From an uncultured Gammaproteobacteria bacterium (GTDB lineage: Bacteria > Patescibacteriota > Microgenomatia > UBA1406 > GWC2-37-13): a stretch of 40,111 nt of DNA. Shown piece after piece: positions 31,377 through 39,598 of the stretch. Position 1 is the first letter of the stretch; every line of letters starts with the position of its first letter. The position numbers were made by a program, and so were the translations under genes. The DNA lies in assembly GCA_964463455.1 (NCBI GenBank), contig CAYXCP010000001.1:16800-56910 (forward strand). The letters are read 5' to 3'. The notes beneath the pieces were generated by a model. The model was not told the DNA's origin, did not search any database, and saw only the letters and a list, made by a program, of their open reading frames with translations.

Positions 31377-31783
31377 AAACAAAACTATTAGCTATCATGC
31401 TATCCCTTGGACTTGCGTTTGGAACTGTAAGTTGCGAAACAGCGTCCCTACAAGAACTAAAACCGCTGGTTCTGCCCGCGACCGTTTTGGTTTTGAAGAA
31501 ACCAATTGAAAAAGACCCTTCAAAGGCTGATAAGTTTTTGAAAATTGCGGACAGACTAGACACCCTAGTTGACGTGACTGAAAAAGAACTAACTTTAGAT
31601 GATTTCCTCAAAGTCTCTAAAGACCTAGGAGTGGATAAAGAATGGGCCGTATTGGCGTCATCTGTATATGATATTTACAAACCAAAAGTTGACACACAGA
31701 ACCTAAGCGCAGCCAAGGCTGCTGTCAAGGAGTTCGCTAAAGTAATTCGTGATGCTGTCAACGTGCTAAAACCAACTAAATAA
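31373..31783 (+). CDS. lipoprotein (o-spanin-like candidate)
   Basis: MKTKLLAIMLSLGLAFGTVSC signal with a Cys at the cleavage position. Lies between the membrane protein and the endolysin. Confidence 0.6.
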   Translation: MKTKLLAIMLSLGLAFGTVSCETASLQELKPLVLPATVLVLKKPIEKDPSKADKFLKIADRLDTLVDVTEKELTLDDFLKVSKDLGVDKEWAVLASSVYDIYKPKVDTQNLSAAKAAVKEFAKVIRDAVNVLKPTK

Positions 31784-32517
31784 TGAAACTAGGGGATAAA
31801 GGACCAGAAGTTAAGGAACTACAAGAAAAGCTTATTGCATTGGGTTATGACCTAAAGGCAGATGGCGATTTTGGTCCTAAAACATTAGCAGCAGTCAAGG
31901 CTTTCCAAAAGCAGCATGATCTTGAGGATGATGGTGTGGTTGGGAAACTGACGCTTAAAAAAATTCAGGAGCATACTGCTCCCAAGCCCGAACCGAAGCC
32001 AGAGCCAAAATCTGAGCCTAAACCAGAACCTAAACCAGAACCTGTTGATGGAGTTTTCGATGCTCGTACCGCTAAGAATTTAGCCACGCTAGATGCCAAG
32101 GCGGTGCCCGCATTCACAGCTTTTATTACAGAAGCTAAGAAGGTCGCGGCCAAACTAGGTTATGAGTATGTTGCTATTTCTGGAAACAGAACATGGGAGG
32201 AGCAAGATGCGCTATATGCTCAAGGTAGAAGTAAGCCAGGGCAAATTGTAACTAAAGCAAAAGGAGGACAATCGAATCATAATTTTAAGATAGCTTTGGA
32301 TTTTGGAGTTTTTAAAAACGGAAACTATATAGATGATGATCATCCAGTAGAGTCTGAAAAAGTTCATAGAGCAGTGGCGAAAGTAGCTCCGAAGTACGGG
32401 ATTGAATGGGGAGGTTTATGGCAAACGATAAAGGACTACCCACACTTTGAAATAGGTACTGGACTCTCTATGACAAGAAAAAGAGAACTATTTGCAAAAA
32501 ACGGCTCTGTTTTATAA
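31783..32517 (+). CDS. endolysin: PG_binding_1 domain, PEPK-repeat linker, peptidase M15 (VanY/L-Ala-D-Glu peptidase-like)
   Basis: GDKGPEVKELQEKLIALGY…DGDFGPKTLAAVKAFQ. Linker PKPEPKPEPKSEPKPEPKPEP. Catalytic-type SGNRTWEEQDALYAQGR…SNHNF…ALDF…WGGLW…DYPHFE. Confidence 0.85.
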   Translation: MKLGDKGPEVKELQEKLIALGYDLKADGDFGPKTLAAVKAFQKQHDLEDDGVVGKLTLKKIQEHTAPKPEPKPEPKSEPKPEPKPEPVDGVFDARTAKNLATLDAKAVPAFTAFITEAKKVAAKLGYEYVAISGNRTWEEQDALYAQGRSKPGQIVTKAKGGQSNHNFKIALDFGVFKNGNYIDDDHPVESEKVHRAVAKVAPKYGIEWGGLWQTIKDYPHFEIGTGLSMTRKRELFAKNGSVL

Positions 32518-32543
32518 TCCTCAAATAAAATATTAAGTTATTG

Positions 32544-32550
32544 GTGTAAT
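32544..32550 (+). promoter_or_regulatory. GTGTAA box (GTGTAAT), 26 nt upstream of ATG 32577
   Basis: Lies in the 59-nt intergenic gap after the endolysin. Confidence 0.35.
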
Positions 32551-32576
32551 CACTAAATAGATCGAAAATCACAAGA

Positions 32577-35111
32577 ATGGCAAGTTATGAAGTAGCAGTA
32601 AGGAGAACCGCTCCGCGTGTCCCTGGAGTAACAGAACAGTTAATTACTGAGTCTCAGGACCGTATTGCTTCTGATGAGGAAATAAATGATAGAATATCTG
32701 CTATTGAGACAGGAGACGGTTTCAATAAGGTTTCTGTATCTGGACAATCCGATTTAGACTCATCCGCCTCTACTGGAGTACTGACTTTGGTAGCTGGAGA
32801 TAACGTAACTATTACAACCAATGCTGGAAATGGATCGGTTACAATAAATGCAGAAGCAGGACTAGTTGATGGAGATTATGGAGATATTATAATTTCTGGT
32901 TCTGGTGCTGTTTTCTCTATTGCTGATAATGCAGCTTCATTTAGCCAAATTCAGCAAATTTCATCTGGAACATTACTTGGTAGATTAACATCTGGAACTG
33001 GAGATATAGAAGAAGTTACTATATCTACTTTTTTCCAAGGTTTACTAAACGATTCTTCTGCCTCTGAGGCGAGGTCAACTTTAGGAATCGAGACAGGATT
33101 AGGTTATTCTTCTTCCGACAATGGGAAGTATGCTGTTTATGATTCTAATGCGTCATTAAGTACCAGAACGCTTAAGATTTATACTGACTTAGACGATAAT
33201 AGCGGGGCTACTATTCTACAACCTTCTAATGATGCTACTACTAATACTTTAATATTACCGTCACAAGACGGTACTGTTGCGCTTGTTGAGGATTTGGCGA
33301 ATTATCAGCTACTTGATCCAGATTTAACTTCTATAAGCTCTATTTCAGCAACAAACGTAATCCCATATAGAAGTACCGCTAATACATGGGGAACGGTCAC
33401 TATAGGCAACGGGCTTTTATTTAACACTGGGGTCCTTTCTTCATATATTCCAAACGGAAACTATGGAGATATCATAGTATCGGGAAGTGGATCGGTATTA
33501 ACAATAGCCAATCAAGCTATATCATATAGCAAAATACAGCCTATTTCAGCAACGGATAAGCTGCTTGGACGAGTTAGCGCTGGATCAGGGGTTATTGAAG
33601 AAATTCCGTTTTCTGATTATGCTCAGGGCTTTATTGGGCTGAATAGCGAAACCGCTTTTCGAGATTATATAAACTTAGGCACTGGAGATTCGGGATCATT
33701 CTGGGAAGTTAATACTCAAGGGAATGTATCCTGTTATGGAGTAGTTTCATATGATGGTATATCATTAGTCAGCCCAACTAATATACCTGGATATATTCAC
33801 TCAAATCTTTTAAATACGGTTTCTAGAGAATATGAACTTCCAGATCAAGACGGAACATTTGCATTAACTAGTCAACTTTCTAGTTATCAGCCATTAGATT
33901 CTACACTCACAGCATTAGCTGCGTTTTCTAGTTCAGGGCTAATGTCAGCTACCGCACTAGATACGTTCGTATCTCGTTCAATCGTAGGAACTACTAATGA
34001 GGTTACTGTAACCAATGGGAATGGAATTAGTGGAAATCCAACAATTTCACTATCTACGGGAATTGATCCATCAAAATTAGCAAACGGTTCTGTCTCTGCT
34101 ACAGAATTCCAGTACTTAGATGGTGTTACCTCGCCTATTCAGACGCAGTTTTCAAACAAACAGCCATTAGATGCTACTTTGACTGCGTTGGCGGCTTATA
34201 ATTCTAATGGAATTTTTACGCAAACTGCGCCAGATACATTTGCTGCAAGAAGTATTGTAGGAACAGCGGGGCAAATAATTCTAACAAATGGAGATGGAGT
34301 ATCAGGTAATCCAACTATAGGATTATCTACTGGAATTAACCCAACATTTATAGGTAATGGTTTAATTTCTTCTGCGGAATTTGATTTCCTTAATGGGGTT
34401 ACATCAAACATACAAACTCAGATCGATTCTAAACAGGCTTTAGATGGAGATTTGACTTCAATCGCAGCGATATCAGCATCGAATGTAATTCCTTATAGGA
34501 TTTCGACAGATTCATGGAGCACGGTTAATATTGGAACTGGCCTATCTTTTGTTGGCGGAACATTATCAGCCTCGGTAACTAGTTCTGCAACACCAGGAGC
34601 AGGTTACTTATCTACTGATAGTGGTAAATATGCCACTTATGATGCTAATGCGATGCTTAGCACTCATACTTTAAAGATTTATACTGATTTAGATGATTCA
34701 GCGGGCGCGGTAATACTACAACCAGCCAATGACTCGACAACAAACACTTTAATCCTACCATCCGAAGATGGGACTGTGGCGCTTGTTGCGCAATTAGCAG
34801 ATTATCAGCCTGTAAATGCTAATCTAACTTCTCTTTCATCTTATAATTCAAACGGAATACTAACGCAAACTGGAGCAAACTCGTTTATATCTAGATTAGT
34901 TACTGGAGTATCTGGAGAAGTTTTAGTAACTAATGGAGATGGGGTTTTAGGAAACCCGACTATTGGACTTGTAAACTCTACAGTAACTCCAGGTTCTTAT
35001 ACAAATGCTAATATTACAGTAGATAGCAAGGGTAGAGTAACAGCAGCTAGTAATGGTTCGGCTGGCGGATCATCGTCTCCAATTCCTACTATAGTAAGTC
35101 TTTGGAGTTAA
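32577..35111 (+). CDS. large modular tail fibre protein (844 aa)
   Basis: Several internally duplicated modules (see finding). The C-terminal VTPGSYTNANITVDSKGRVTAASNG is a motif common in phage fibres. Confidence 0.8.
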   Translation: MASYEVAVRRTAPRVPGVTEQLITESQDRIASDEEINDRISAIETGDGFNKVSVSGQSDLDSSASTGVLTLVAGDNVTITTNAGNGSVTINAEAGLVDGDYGDIIISGSGAVFSIADNAASFSQIQQISSGTLLGRLTSGTGDIEEVTISTFFQGLLNDSSASEARSTLGIETGLGYSSSDNGKYAVYDSNASLSTRTLKIYTDLDDNSGATILQPSNDATTNTLILPSQDGTVALVEDLANYQLLDPDLTSISSISATNVIPYRSTANTWGTVTIGNGLLFNTGVLSSYIPNGNYGDIIVSGSGSVLTIANQAISYSKIQPISATDKLLGRVSAGSGVIEEIPFSDYAQGFIGLNSETAFRDYINLGTGDSGSFWEVNTQGNVSCYGVVSYDGISLVSPTNIPGYIHSNLLNTVSREYELPDQDGTFALTSQLSSYQPLDSTLTALAAFSSSGLMSATALDTFVSRSIVGTTNEVTVTNGNGISGNPTISLSTGIDPSKLANGSVSATEFQYLDGVTSPIQTQFSNKQPLDATLTALAAYNSNGIFTQTAPDTFAARSIVGTAGQIILTNGDGVSGNPTIGLSTGINPTFIGNGLISSAEFDFLNGVTSNIQTQIDSKQALDGDLTSIAAISASNVIPYRISTDSWSTVNIGTGLSFVGGTLSASVTSSATPGAGYLSTDSGKYATYDANAMLSTHTLKIYTDLDDSAGAVILQPANDSTTNTLILPSEDGTVALVAQLADYQPVNANLTSLSSYNSNGILTQTGANSFISRLVTGVSGEVLVTNGDGVLGNPTIGLVNSTVTPGSYTNANITVDSKGRVTAASNGSAGGSSSPIPTIVSLWS

Positions 35112-35124
35112 TTTTATTTTTTAA

Positions 35125-35131
35125 GTGTAAT
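35125..35131 (+). promoter_or_regulatory. GTGTAA box (GTGTAAT), 8 nt upstream of ATG 35140
   Basis: Preceded by a T/A-rich tract. Confidence 0.35.
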
Positions 35132-35139
35132 TATATACC

Positions 35140-35601
35140 ATGGCTAAAACAACAACATTACCATTAACACAAACACTACAAAATCCTTTAGGGACTTTAG
35201 TGAATGCTGATTCGTTTACAGCGACTAACCCAGGAACATCCCCAACTAATACCAAATTATTTTTTACTGCCGGTGCAGAAGGTTCTATTTTAAAATCTTT
35301 AACTTTTGCGACAGACGCTACTGCGGCGGCTCAAACAGTAGGAATTTGGCTATCAACAGATGGTGGAACTACTAAATATTTGCTTGGAGTTATTAACGTG
35401 CCTTTGAACTCAGGTTATACTGGGGCAATTGCCAATGTGGACGCTCTAAATAGCTCAGTATTAATTGGACTTACCCTAGATCAATCAGGAAGGCCAGTTC
35501 TTCCATTGGTCGCAAACGCTAGAATTTATATTGGTTGTTTACTTACTGCTGTTGCTGCGAGTAAGACAATTTATGTGACTGGAGTAGCCGAAGACTTCTA
35601 A
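35140..35601 (+). CDS. hypothetical virion-associated protein (153 aa)
   Basis: Lies between two fibre-like genes. TAATG overlap with the next gene. Confidence 0.7.
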   Translation: MAKTTTLPLTQTLQNPLGTLVNADSFTATNPGTSPTNTKLFFTAGAEGSILKSLTFATDATAAAQTVGIWLSTDGGTTKYLLGVINVPLNSGYTGAIANVDALNSSVLIGLTLDQSGRPVLPLVANARIYIGCLLTAVAASKTIYVTGVAEDF

Positions 35602-37589
35602 TGAATAGTGGACTTACAGCAGGATTAACGTCTCAGCCGTTAAAAACGGTTTCACGCCGTCGCAAATCTTCTAAATCTTTAAAACAAGATGTTTTAAATA
35701 CACAAGAAGCTTGGGATAATGGTTTGGGCGCGATTACTCATATAGCAGGGCCGGAAGATCAGGCTTTAAAAATTACTGCGACCGCACCGCCAATAAATAT
35801 TTCAGCTACGGCTGGAAATAGTTTAATTTTGGCGGCTTCTAGTGCTACGGGGGGACACACGACTGTAACGAGTGGCGCTAAGGGTGGTTCTGTGGTTATT
35901 ACAGCCGGTAATGGCGCATTTTCTCCAACAGGCGGATTTCCTACGACAAAAGGTGGAGACGTTACAATAACAGCGGGCGATGCCCCTAACGCTGGCGGAG
36001 GTGGCTGCAATGGTGGTGCTATTACAATTACTACGGGGTCTAGCCCTAGCTCTGGAAGTGGTGGGGGTGCCCTTACATTAACTACTGGAACATCTTCTGG
36101 GAATGGCACATCAGGTGCAATATCAATTACGACTGGTGACATAACAACTGCCCAAGGCGGCGCTGGTGCAATTACTATCAGACCGGGTAGAAATACAACT
36201 GGCGTTTTTAGTGCCATTTCAGGAGGAACTTTAAATTTAATTACTGGTGATGGTGCATCTGTAACATTGGGCGCTTCTTCTGGAGCGGGTGGACCAATTA
36301 ATGTAACACTAGGTTCAGGTGGTCCAATTACAACCGCAACTTCTACCGCTGGAAATGGTGGTGCTTTAACAATCACCTTGGGCACAGGTGGCGTTTCATC
36401 AGGAAATACAGCAGGAACTTCTGGCAATGGTTCGGCTTTTTCTATCATAGGGGGCGCGGGGGGCGCGGCTACAGGCGCGGGCGGGACTCATATAGGTGGA
36501 ACAGGATCAGCTTTATCATTTACCGCTGGAACTGGTGGCGCGGCTACTTCTGCTAGTGGAACTAGAACAGGTGGTAATGGTGGGTCTATTACGTTTACAA
36601 CTGGAACTGGCGGAGCCGGATCAACTACTAATGGAAGTGGCGGGGATTTTACTTTTGTTACTGGAGCGTCTGGCGCTGGTGGAGGCACAGCCGGAACTAC
36701 AGGAATATTTAGCTTTAAACCTGGTAATACGGAAGTAGCGCGTATTTCTGCTACCGCAAGCGGAGGCAGACTTCAAGTTGGTAGTGGTAGTGGCGCCAGC
36801 ACTGGTTGGATTTTTTCAGGAGACTCTACTATCGGTAGTGGATTTCCGGGTATTTGGCCAACTAGTATAACTCCTAGTTCTAGCAATTATATAGCATCTT
36901 CAAATGGTTCACAAACATATATAAATTGCACTGACGCTATTTACCTAAGAGTGAGTAATAGCGATTATTTTTACGTTAATTCATCAGTTGTGAGGGTCAC
37001 GGGTGCGGCAACGATTGGTTGGTGTCCATCAACTAATGTTAATGCCACAGCAGACGTTTTACTTAGCCGTAAGGGGGCGGCGAATATTCAGCAAGGTGGT
37101 GCTGATGCGGCATCCCCAATAGCACAAACTTACTCCGTTCAAAGCGTAGCAACCGGAACAAGTAATACTGCTGGCGTAAACTTTACAATCAATGGAAGTC
37201 AAAGTACAGGTAGTGCTTATGGCGGAGCTATTATTTTCCAAGTAACTCAAAATGGTGCCGCTGCAACTACTCAAAATACTTTAGTAGAATTACTACGAAT
37301 TAGCCCTACAAGCGGTATTGCTGTGGCTAAAACAATAACACTAGCGGGGACGACTGGGGCACAAACTATTAATAAAATAGCTGGTCGAGTAAATTTTGCT
37401 GCGGGGGCAAGTAGCCTTACTGTAACCAATACTTTTGCAAGCACTAACTCAGTTATTATTTGCACGGTTGCTACTAATGATGCGACAATGAAAAGCGTAG
37501 CTGTAACGCAATCGTCTGGACAATTTATAATCACTGCTAACGCTGCCGCTACTGCTGAAACCGCTGTAAACTTCTTAGTTATTAACTAA
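35601..37589 (+). CDS. Gly/Thr/Ala-rich beta-helix-like repeat protein (662 aa), probable fibre or spike component
   Basis: About 15 degenerate repeats of the type T.G.GG….GG.(I/L)T(I/F)T(T/A)G, then a non-repetitive C-terminal domain. Confidence 0.75.
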   Translation: MNSGLTAGLTSQPLKTVSRRRKSSKSLKQDVLNTQEAWDNGLGAITHIAGPEDQALKITATAPPINISATAGNSLILAASSATGGHTTVTSGAKGGSVVITAGNGAFSPTGGFPTTKGGDVTITAGDAPNAGGGGCNGGAITITTGSSPSSGSGGGALTLTTGTSSGNGTSGAISITTGDITTAQGGAGAITIRPGRNTTGVFSAISGGTLNLITGDGASVTLGASSGAGGPINVTLGSGGPITTATSTAGNGGALTITLGTGGVSSGNTAGTSGNGSAFSIIGGAGGAATGAGGTHIGGTGSALSFTAGTGGAATSASGTRTGGNGGSITFTTGTGGAGSTTNGSGGDFTFVTGASGAGGGTAGTTGIFSFKPGNTEVARISATASGGRLQVGSGSGASTGWIFSGDSTIGSGFPGIWPTSITPSSSNYIASSNGSQTYINCTDAIYLRVSNSDYFYVNSSVVRVTGAATIGWCPSTNVNATADVLLSRKGAANIQQGGADAASPIAQTYSVQSVATGTSNTAGVNFTINGSQSTGSAYGGAIIFQVTQNGAAATTQNTLVELLRISPTSGIAVAKTITLAGTTGAQTINKIAGRVNFAAGASSLTVTNTFASTNSVIICTVATNDATMKSVAVTQSSGQFIITANAAATAETAVNFLVIN

Positions 37590-37591
37590 AA

Positions 37592-38008
37592 ATGAAACTT
37601 ATTGATAAACTTACTGTCGAACTTCCTGGAGAATCCGTTGTAAAACGAATGCAGGATATTAGCTCAAATGCTATCGAATCTTTACGAGCAGCTACAATTG
37701 AAACCTTCCACCTTCTTTGGGATGATCGTTCTTCCCGTCAAGATAAATTAGATAGAATGGGCTCAAGAGCCGTTCCAGCATTTATTCAACATGCCATGAC
37801 AATAGAATTCTTGCTTAGAAGTGGAATTCAGATTGATCCTAGAGACTATACGCCACCTATGTCTTATAGCTTAAATGAAGATGGGACGATTACTTTAAAA
37901 GAAGTGATTGATCCTATTGAATTAGAACAAATTGCTGTCGAAGAGGCTGAAAGAATTGCTCAGGAAGAGGCTCAGCGTAACGCAGAAGAACATGTTGCTA
38001 ATCCTTGA
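37592..38008 (+). CDS. hypothetical protein (138 aa)
   Basis: ATG start, TGA stop, acidic helical C-terminus. Confidence 0.7.
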   Translation: MKLIDKLTVELPGESVVKRMQDISSNAIESLRAATIETFHLLWDDRSSRQDKLDRMGSRAVPAFIQHAMTIEFLLRSGIQIDPRDYTPPMSYSLNEDGTITLKEVIDPIELEQIAVEEAERIAQEEAQRNAEEHVANP

Positions 38009-38042
38009 TAATGATAGAATTTTTCTCTCTGTATAAAACACC

Positions 38043-38049
38043 GTGTATT
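38043..38049 (+). promoter_or_regulatory. GTGTAA-box variant (GTGTATT), 8 nt upstream of ATG 38058
   Basis: Same spacing as the canonical copies. Confidence 0.3.
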
Positions 38050-38057
38050 AAATAAAG

Positions 38058-39593
38058 ATGAACTTTAAATATTCTAGTATATTTACGTCACAAGCTAAAG
38101 TGGAAAGAACTTCTTTACAGAAGTTTCAGTCCACTGCGTCTATGGACGAATTGAAAGATTTACGCACTTTGGCCCCAGACGATCTAGAAGTTAAAGATAA
38201 CCCTGATCTACTATACGTAGTTTTTAACTCAGCGGTTGTCAACCTAGTAAATGCTAATGGGGATGGGATTCTTACCGATACAGCTAAATCTGTCTCTAAG
38301 TATTTCAAGAACAAGCCTGTAAATATCGAACACAACTCCAAGGATGTAATTGGCTACATTAACAATGTAGGCTTTACTTCTTTCCAAGATAACAAAGTAC
38401 TTGCGTCAGATGCAATCGAAGGTCAAGAGCCTTTTAATATTGCTCTTTCCGCTATTCTGTGGAAAACCGTTGACCCATTCTTTGTTCAATACGTCGAAGA
38501 CGCAAACAATCCTAATGACATGTGTTACAAGGATGTTTCCGCTTCTTGGGAAATTGGGTTCAATGATTACGTTGTAGCTGTAGGTCCAAAGAACCTAAGT
38601 AAAGCTCGTATCGTAACTGATCCTGAGGAAATTAAGTCTTATTCGAAGTATCTTCGTAAGTTTGGTGGTTCAGGATTCGATCCAAACAACGATGAAGTTC
38701 ACCTAATCATTGCGGGTGAAGCCCGTCCTCTTGGAGTAGCTCTTACTTCTAATCCAGCCGCTGCCGTCAAAGGAGTTATGATTGTAGAATGCGAGCCAGA
38801 AGAAACAGAGGAACCAGAGGAAAATGAAGTAGAAATGGCAGGAATTACTATTCCAATTAAAGCTGACACAACACAATTTGAAGAAGATTTGAAAAGAATT
38901 GACACTGCTATGGCATCTCATTTTGATGCTTTTGCTAATTCTTTGAAAAATCTTACGGATAAAATTTCACAGACAAAAGAACAACCTGTAACGCATATTA
39001 AATCTATGAAGAATATCAATAGTTTAGAAGATTTGTATGATTGCCTATCCGAGGCTTCCGCCTCAAATGGAGAAGGTATTTCATTTAAAGACCTTCGTGA
39101 CGTAATCAAGAGCAAGATTCTTGAACTAAACGAAGAATGGAAGAAAAAAGTAGAAGCAAAAGAACAGGAACTTTCTGTTAGCGCGACAAGCCTAAAAGAA
39201 GTGACTGATAATCTTGCTAAACTACAAACCGAACTCACTGGCCTAAAGAGCGCCGCTGAGAAACAAGAAAAGCAAAACGTTTTAGACGTTCGTCTATCTA
39301 AGATTGAAGAAAAGTTCAATCTGGACGATAAAGCTCGTAAAGTCATCGCTAAGAATATTCTTGGCCTATCCGATGAAGCATTTGCCTCATGGCAATCCGA
39401 AGAAGGTGAAGTTATTCTAGCTGGCAAGGAAAAGACTCAGACAGTTACTCTTGAAGAAGGTCTGAACAAGTCCGTTGCCTCTGTTCAAAATGTTCCCAAT
39501 GCCACGAATCCAACTCAAGAAGCACAAAGTGATGTGAAGTCTGTATCTGTATCCCGCGACAAAGGCAACAACTGGAAAATCTCTGTTAAGTAA
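38058..39593 (+). CDS. prohead protease (HK97/S78-like) fused to a coiled-coil scaffolding domain
   Basis: VNIEHNSKDVIGYI (His), SASWEIGF (Ser) and LGVALTSNPAAAVKG match the order of S78/U35 protease motifs. The C-terminal ~250 aa is E/K-rich coiled coil. Lies directly upstream of the capsid gene. Confidence 0.6.
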   Translation: MNFKYSSIFTSQAKVERTSLQKFQSTASMDELKDLRTLAPDDLEVKDNPDLLYVVFNSAVVNLVNANGDGILTDTAKSVSKYFKNKPVNIEHNSKDVIGYINNVGFTSFQDNKVLASDAIEGQEPFNIALSAILWKTVDPFFVQYVEDANNPNDMCYKDVSASWEIGFNDYVVAVGPKNLSKARIVTDPEEIKSYSKYLRKFGGSGFDPNNDEVHLIIAGEARPLGVALTSNPAAAVKGVMIVECEPEETEEPEENEVEMAGITIPIKADTTQFEEDLKRIDTAMASHFDAFANSLKNLTDKISQTKEQPVTHIKSMKNINSLEDLYDCLSEASASNGEGISFKDLRDVIKSKILELNEEWKKKVEAKEQELSVSATSLKEVTDNLAKLQTELTGLKSAAEKQEKQNVLDVRLSKIEEKFNLDDKARKVIAKNILGLSDEAFASWQSEEGEVILAGKEKTQTVTLEEGLNKSVASVQNVPNATNPTQEAQSDVKSVSVSRDKGNNWKISVK

Positions 39594-39598
39594 TAAAT

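Noticed and set aside
32577-35111. Diversity-generating retroelement (template/variable repeat) in the fibre gene
   Set aside because: No reverse transcriptase is present in the window. Differences between the repeated segments affect all four bases rather than only adenines.
35759-36448. 229-aa antisense ORF (plus 36488..36688, 37271..37534 and the + strand 36496..36738)
   Set aside because: They are by-products of the GGN/ACN-rich repeat coding of the 662-aa Gly-rich protein, with Pro/Val/Ala low-complexity translations.
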